Part shown: positions 16,606 to 21,689 of the stretch, piece after piece
Layout of the letters: each line of letters begins with the position of its first letter
Numbering within the stretch: position 1 is the stretch's first letter
Source: Pseudobdellovibrionaceae bacterium
GTDB lineage: Bacteria > Bdellovibrionota > Bdellovibrionia > Bdellovibrionales > Bdellovibrionaceae
Assembly: GCA_041288045.1 (NCBI GenBank)
Contig: JBGGMM010000060.1
Span: 1 to 21,689, forward strand
Direction: 5' to 3'
DNA length: 21,689 nucleotides
Translations under genes and position numbers: made by a program
Notes under the pieces: model-generated
The model's input: only the letters and a program-made list of their open reading frames with translations
What the model was told of the DNA's origin: nothing
Databases searched by the model: none

Positions 16606-17067
16606 TTAGACAGTTGCTGCTTTGGAGGAGGTCTTCTTCGACGTGCGCTTGGCGCCAGCCGCTTTCATCGAAGTTTTGCGAGCTCCATTTGTCGCGGAAG
16701 CGGATTTTTTTGTTCCGGCCTTCTTTTTCGTGAAACGAGCCTGAAGTTTCGCTTTTTGTTTCAAAGCCAATTTTTTGTACTGGCCCAGATTCTTTTCAAC
16801 TTCTTTGGCTTGCTTTTTCACAACGCTGATTCGCTTTGTGACTTCTTTGTCCAAATCTTTTTGAGCTGAGTGCAGTTTTTTAAGCAAGTCTTGGTAGCGC
16901 TCTTCAGCTTTTTCCAACTGCTCTTGAGCTTTCGGCTTCACTTCGTCTTTCAGCTTGCGAAGTTCTGTGCTGATGCGTTCGAATTCTTCAGTCAAAGCAG
17001 CAGCGCCCTTGGGACCTCGCATCTCATGGACTAATTTTTTGAGATCGACGCTTAAATTCAGTTTCAT
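16606..17067 (-). CDS. Basic coiled-coil protein with a histone H1-like Lys/Ala/Ser/Thr tail (hypothetical)
   Basis: 153 aa; AGGAG SD; heptad-rich middle region; tail KKKAGTKKSASATNGARKTSMKAAGAKRTSKKTSSKAATV; has its own terminator. Confidence 0.8.
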   Translation of the reverse strand: MKLNLSVDLKKLVHEMRGPKGAAALTEEFERISTELRKLKDEVKPKAQEQLEKAEERYQDLLKKLHSAQKDLDKEVTKRISVVKKQAKEVEKNLGQYKKLALKQKAKLQARFTKKKAGTKKSASATNGARKTSMKAAGAKRTSKKTSSKAATV

Positions 17068-17183
17068 AGGCTTTCTCCTTCGAGGAATTGCAAAAATTCT
17101 CTGTGGTTATAGCGCATTTTCTCTCTGATAAAAAGCTTCGGAGCAGGATGCCGCACTGACTCGAGTAAAAACTACATCCATTT

Positions 17184-18548
17184 TTAGAGAGTGAACGCAA
17201 ATTGTCTAACCAGGGCTCCTGGGACTTTTTTCCCTCCCAAGCTGCGCGAAAAATAAGTATCAACCACCGGATCTATATGTTGCTCGCGTGTCAGAGCCTC
17301 TAATTCACCACCAAAGATTTGGTAAAGGGTATCGTCAAAGCGCAGGTCTTTGATCGGTCCGACAATTTCGCCCTTTTCGACCCAAAAACAAGCATATCGG
17401 GTCATTCCGGTCATCCTTGCATGAGAAATATCACTCCAATTGAGATAGTGAAGCTGACTGAGGTAAAGGCCAGTTCCCAAAGCTTCAAGCGCTTTGCTTT
17501 CTTCAAGCTCGCCACCTAAGATTTCTGGTGCTCGCAAATACTCAAATCCCCAGCTGCTAAAGTCAGATCCATTGGCTTTGACCCCATACTCTTTTTCGGC
17601 CCGCGAGCTGACGAGCATATTTTTCAGTTCACCTTTTTCAATCAAAGTCAGTTCTTCTGGGGCCATTTCCCCCAAGGAGTTGAATTGAGGACTGAGGCCA
17701 GTTGAGAAGTTCTCCTTCAAATGGAAAAGCGGGGAAAGTGTTTTTTCTTTGTCGTAGAGCTTGGCAAAAGCGCAATTGCCTTTTTTAAGTGCGCTGAGAC
17801 TCAAGGCATTCCAAGACAGCATATCGCAAATGGCGCCCACAGCCCCAGAGGCAAAATAAGTTCGATAAGAACCGGGCTTCAAAGAAAGGGATTTTCGCTT
17901 CATCAATGACAATTGATTTTGCGAGTCCTGGAGCTTCTGCGAAAAGAGATTTTGATCCCAATGAGAATCTGCATAGGTGCCCTTGACCGCTTTGTTTTCC
18001 TGATCGGCATTGGTCGTAAAAAGAGAATAATCAACGAAGAAGCTCTCGGTTGAGAACCAATGCTTCTGTCCTTTCGAATTGGCAGTGGCGCGCACAATGG
18101 GCCCCGAAGCATAGAGACCGACAAAATCGCTTCCCCGAGCGCTTTGGATCAAAGAGTTGATAGCCTCTTCAGGTCCTAGCAACCGACCTGGGTGGTGCTT
18201 GTGGCTTTCGCCTCGATTTTCCATTGGAACGACAAAGGGATCCGCCGGCAGAACTCGAGCTTCTTCACGGGCTCGCTGCAAGAGCTCCAGCCCCAATTGT
18301 CGGTCGGTTTCCAAATCACCGCTCAAAGAACATTCAAAGCGAATTTTCCTTTGGTCCGATTGAAACTGAAGTGTCAGCACTTTTTGATCCACAGAAGTGT
18401 TCTGACGGACTTGAGATTGATTGAAGCGAACAAAGACCGAATCCTCAGCATTGAAATTCAGATTCAGTTCCTCACCAGCCTTCAGCTCTGAAAAGAGGCT
18501 TTCTGAAAGAGTCGAAAAATTTTTCTCCATTTGCGGAATCATGCTCAT
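17184..18548 (-). CDS. tldE: TldE/PmbA family protein (partner subunit)
   Basis: FVRFNQSQVRQ, LKPGSYRTYF, GLYLSQLHYLNWSD, TGMTRYACFWVEKG; ATGA overlap with tldD; no HExxxH motif. Confidence 0.85.
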   Translation of the reverse strand: MSMIPQMEKNFSTLSESLFSELKAGEELNLNFNAEDSVFVRFNQSQVRQNTSVDQKVLTLQFQSDQRKIRFECSLSGDLETDRQLGLELLQRAREEARVLPADPFVVPMENRGESHKHHPGRLLGPEEAINSLIQSARGSDFVGLYASGPIVRATANSKGQKHWFSTESFFVDYSLFTTNADQENKAVKGTYADSHWDQNLFSQKLQDSQNQLSLMKRKSLSLKPGSYRTYFASGAVGAICDMLSWNALSLSALKKGNCAFAKLYDKEKTLSPLFHLKENFSTGLSPQFNSLGEMAPEELTLIEKGELKNMLVSSRAEKEYGVKANGSDFSSWGFEYLRAPEILGGELEESKALEALGTGLYLSQLHYLNWSDISHARMTGMTRYACFWVEKGEIVGPIKDLRFDDTLYQIFGGELEALTREQHIDPVVDTYFSRSLGGKKVPGALVRQFAFTL

Positions 18549-20020
18549 TTTCCACCTCCGAACACTTCGACCTTTTCAAACAGGCAAGGAGGAGCTGAAT
18601 GGCCAACGCGGATGGCTTGGCTGGGTTCGCCTTTTCCGCACCATGGGGATCCGAAAATTTCAACTTCATCAGCACTGCCAACGGCCTTGAGCGAATTCCA
18701 AAAAGGAACAGTGACGCCTCGATAATTGGGGTTTTTAACAACTTTGGTCAGCTGGCCGTTTTCGATCAGCCGGGCGTACTCGCAGCCAAACTGGAATTTG
18801 TTGCGATAGTCATCAATGGACCAGGAGACATTGGATTCCATGTAAATTCCGCGTTCCGTCTGAGAGATCATGTCTGCCAGTTTGGAATTGCCTGGCTCCA
18901 GATTGATATTCGCCATGCGATCAATGGGGGCCCGGTTCCAAGACGAGGAACGAAAATTCGCGACCCCTGGGATCTGAGAGCGGAATTGAGATTCCAAACT
19001 GCCAAGGCCCTTTTTCAAAAGCCCCTTTTCAATCAGAAATTCACGCTGTGCCGGATTTCCACAATCGTCAAATGCATAAGAAGCAAATTCACCTGGCACC
19101 GAAGGGTCGAAGGTCACATTCATCAGTGAAGAGCCATATTTCAATGTCCCAAAATCCTGAGGTTGGACAAAACTCCAACCCGCGTAATTGCGTTCGTCTC
19201 CTAAAATCCGGTCCAGTTCCAAATGGTGACCAATGGATTCATGGATCTGCAAAAGCATTTGATCCGGAGCCAGAAGCAAATCCAATTGGTCTGTTGGACA
19301 ATTCGGAGCAGCCAGCAGCTCCAAAGCTTGTTTGGCGACATTTTCGCAATCCTTCAAGGCCTGATCACGGTCGAAAGCTTCAAGACCCATTTGCAGACAT
19401 CGAGCCACTCCGCCATTCAAAGTTCGAGTCTGGCTTTCGCTGCCTTCTTGAGCTGTTGCCTGAAAATTATTGGTGAGAAAAAGAAATTCTTGAAGGGTGT
19501 TGGCGCCATTGCTGGAAACAAAATGCAAAGTGGTTTCAATAAAACGCAAGTGAGCCAAAGCAGTGACGATTTTTTCTGAAGCTTTCAGTTTTTCACTGGC
19601 CATTATCAGCAAATCGGTGAGTTCGCTCAAACTCGTGGAATCCAAGCCCTGAAAATAGGGAGTCCGATAGTGGCCCACAGAAGCGGGGCGAGTGGACAGG
19701 TCAAAATGGGTGACTTTGTGTTGAGATCCCGCTTTTGCCAACATTTTGGCGCGGTCCAATGCTTTTTGCAGGCCCGTGGAGCTGAGGTCACTGGTTCCAG
19801 CATACCCAAAATGGCCGTCAATCAGGACTTCCACCATGGCACCATGATCAAAAACAACACTGTTGTCTTCAGGCCTGCCATTGCGAACAGAGCGGCTGTG
19901 AGTCTTTTCATTGACGTATCTTAAACCCACCCAATCCGCCTGTCCGCGAAGAGATTTGAGTGCGATTTCTGGATTGAAGGGAGTGGACTTGACGAGCGGA
20001 ATTGAAAGTGAAGGCATCAT
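18545..20020 (-). CDS. tldD: TldD family metalloprotease
   Basis: HESIGHHLELDR (HExxxH), RMANINLEPG, WSIDDYRNKFQFGCE, CGKGEP.Q. Confidence 0.9.
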   Translation of the reverse strand: MMPSLSIPLVKSTPFNPEIALKSLRGQADWVGLRYVNEKTHSRSVRNGRPEDNSVVFDHGAMVEVLIDGHFGYAGTSDLSSTGLQKALDRAKMLAKAGSQHKVTHFDLSTRPASVGHYRTPYFQGLDSTSLSELTDLLIMASEKLKASEKIVTALAHLRFIETTLHFVSSNGANTLQEFLFLTNNFQATAQEGSESQTRTLNGGVARCLQMGLEAFDRDQALKDCENVAKQALELLAAPNCPTDQLDLLLAPDQMLLQIHESIGHHLELDRILGDERNYAGWSFVQPQDFGTLKYGSSLMNVTFDPSVPGEFASYAFDDCGNPAQREFLIEKGLLKKGLGSLESQFRSQIPGVANFRSSSWNRAPIDRMANINLEPGNSKLADMISQTERGIYMESNVSWSIDDYRNKFQFGCEYARLIENGQLTKVVKNPNYRGVTVPFWNSLKAVGSADEVEIFGSPWCGKGEPSQAIRVGHSAPPCLFEKVEVFGGGK

Positions 20021-20180
20021 GAAATTAATCTGTCCTTGTCAAAAGGTTTAACAGGTCCTCAGAAGCCCATAAGCTCTTAGATTTGCTTGGGGACTGGCAC
20101 GAGTCTTGTTCTATAGCACGCCGGAGCCATGGGTTCAAATGAGCCTTTTGAAACTGCAGGACGTTATCTGAGGTGAATGG

Positions 20181-21689
20181 ATGTTATCAGCAAGAATTCT
20201 CACTTTGTTCTTATCAGCATTGTTCTGGTTGAATTTTTCATGGGCTGTTCCTTCTGCAAAGAGACCTCTTTATCTCTCTTTTGAAAAGCGTCTGATCATG
20301 ACTTATCTGCTGGCAGGAGCTGGCGAGACACCCGAAGTTCAGCTGCAACTGGCTTCGCGCCTAGCAAACACTTTAAAACGATATGTCCACACCGATGTGG
20401 AAAGAAAAAAAGTTCGCAATTTCCAAGAATTTTTAAAAGTCTACCGTGGCGATTGGCCCGGGTCCTATTCAGTTCAATCGGATTTAAAATTGATTGAATC
20501 TCAAGCCATGCAAGGTCCTGTTTTGTTCGAAGCTGTCGACTCTTCAGGTCGCTTCAATCCCGCTTTGGACAGTCAAATCAAGGGCTTTATGCGGCAGCAA
20601 AATGAGATGCTGCTTGAGAGAACGACTTTTCAAGATCATCCAATGACCGGCTTGGCGCAAGTTTCAGCATCGATGATGGACATAGCGATCAAGGGACCCA
20701 TCAGTCAGACTTTGATTCTTCAGGGCTTTGAAAAAGTCACTGAGCTGACCAACCAGCAGTTTGCCAAATTAGAGAAAGTTGGAGAGCAGATGGCGGCTTC
20801 GGGAAAGCTTTCTCGATTGCAGCCATCCGTTCGTCTTTTTCTTGAATCTGTGCTGCAAAATTATTTTTCACGATTGGGCTTGAATTCAAAGAAGCAATTG
20901 GTTTCCAGGTTTCTGGGTGAAAATCTCAATGCCGATCCTATGCAGCGTTTTGAAATTATGTTGATGAGTGGCGGGCCTCAATTTCAAAAGCTCTTGCAGA
21001 TCATCGCTGGAAATTCTGATGTCAGTGCTGATTTGCAGAAAATTTTGAAGAAACTTGAATCTCGAGTGTCTCCGATCCCAGCTCCAATTGTTCGCCAACT
21101 GTTTGAAGCTGAAAGAGAGCGGTACAAGTGGATCAGTTACAATCTGGAACCTCTGGGGACTGGAACGATGGCGCAAGTTCACAAGGGTCGCATTCGGACG
21201 CAATTGGGTGAAGAAGACATTGTGATTCGTTTTTTAAAGCCTGAAATCGACAACCGTGTGCAGGAAGACGCTCGAATTCTGACTGAAATCGCTCGCATTA
21301 TGGACTCTGATGAAAGATTTCGTTCCGTCGGTTTGCCAAGGTTGAAGCCAGTGATTGAAGATTTGAACAAAACTGTGACTGATGAATTGGATCTTCGAGC
21401 GACCATTCAAAGACAGGTCTTGGGGCAGAAAGTTTACAGCCGACGGCAGATTTTAAACACTGGAAATTATAAAAATGAGCTCGTGATTTCCGTCCCTAAA
21501 GTCTATGACGGCGGAGTGGGTTCGAACCTGATGGTTCAACAGCTGATTGAAGGGCGTAAGTTCGAAAGTGAAATGCTGGTTTACACCGAAACCATTCCCC
21601 AACTTGGAAAAGGAATTGTTGAAGCCATGGCCAAAATGTGGGCCGAAGAAGTGTTTTTCAAATCCGGCTTCTATCATTCCGATCTTCAT
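20181..21689 (+). CDS. UbiB/AarF/ABC1 atypical kinase-family protein with an N-terminal signal peptide; 5' part, runs off the right edge
   Basis: Translated by hand; not in the ORF track. GAGGTG SD, ATG 20181, 503 open codons. MLSARILTLFLSALFWLNFSWA|VP...GGPQFQKLLQ...LESRVSP...PLGTGTMAQVHKG...IVIRFLKP...DELDL...VPKVY...GFYHSDLH. Confidence 0.88.
   Translation, partial: MLSARILTLFLSALFWLNFSWAVPSAKRPLYLSFEKRLIMTYLLAGAGETPEVQLQLASRLANTLKRYVHTDVERKKVRNFQEFLKVYRGDWPGSYSVQSDLKLIESQAMQGPVLFEAVDSSGRFNPALDSQIKGFMRQQNEMLLERTTFQDHPMTGLAQVSASMMDIAIKGPISQTLILQGFEKVTELTNQQFAKLEKVGEQMAASGKLSRLQPSVRLFLESVLQNYFSRLGLNSKKQLVSRFLGENLNADPMQRFEIMLMSGGPQFQKLLQIIAGNSDVSADLQKILKKLESRVSPIPAPIVRQLFEAERERYKWISYNLEPLGTGTMAQVHKGRIRTQLGEEDIVIRFLKPEIDNRVQEDARILTEIARIMDSDERFRSVGLPRLKPVIEDLNKTVTDELDLRATIQRQVLGQKVYSRRQILNTGNYKNELVISVPKVYDGGVGSNLMVQQLIEGRKFESEMLVYTETIPQLGKGIVEAMAKMWAEEVFFKSGFYHSDLH

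Noticed and set aside
17184..20020. TldD/TldE as part of a RiPP (microcin-like) cluster
   Set aside because: No precursor peptide, YcaO or transporter is nearby; the pair is widespread on its own.

Overview
The window looks like chromosome from a Bdellovibrio-like predator (Bdellovibrionota). This is inferred from a MAT-type fibre gene, a YQNC-type lipoprotein and sigma28-like promoters. Left part (accessory-looking): the 5' part of a secreted phage-tail-fibre-like adhesin (missing from the ORF track); a 6TM class III cyclase with non-canonical catalytic residues, divergent from a transglutaminase-like gene that overlaps an archaeal-type (His/Glu, Cys-less) coaBC; a non-heme haloperoxidase-type hydrolase with a highly structured upstream region; and tRNA-Leu(TAG) with a 15-bp duplication of its 3' end. 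Middle and right: gcvH/gcvT; a Gly/Ser/Thr-repeat lipoprotein followed by a GT39 glycosyltransferase and a VOC protein; gcvP-GT9-rsm22; a Lys-rich coiled-coil protein; tldD/tldE; and the 5' part of a UbiB/ABC1 kinase-like gene (also missing from the ORF track) that has a signal peptide and rewritten family motifs. Best leads: the apparently exported UbiB-family kinase, the cyclase/transglutaminase/CoaBC-like module, and a candidate sigma28-driven structured RNA with an RBS-sequestering hairpin upstream of the hydrolase. All calls are by eye; no searches were run.
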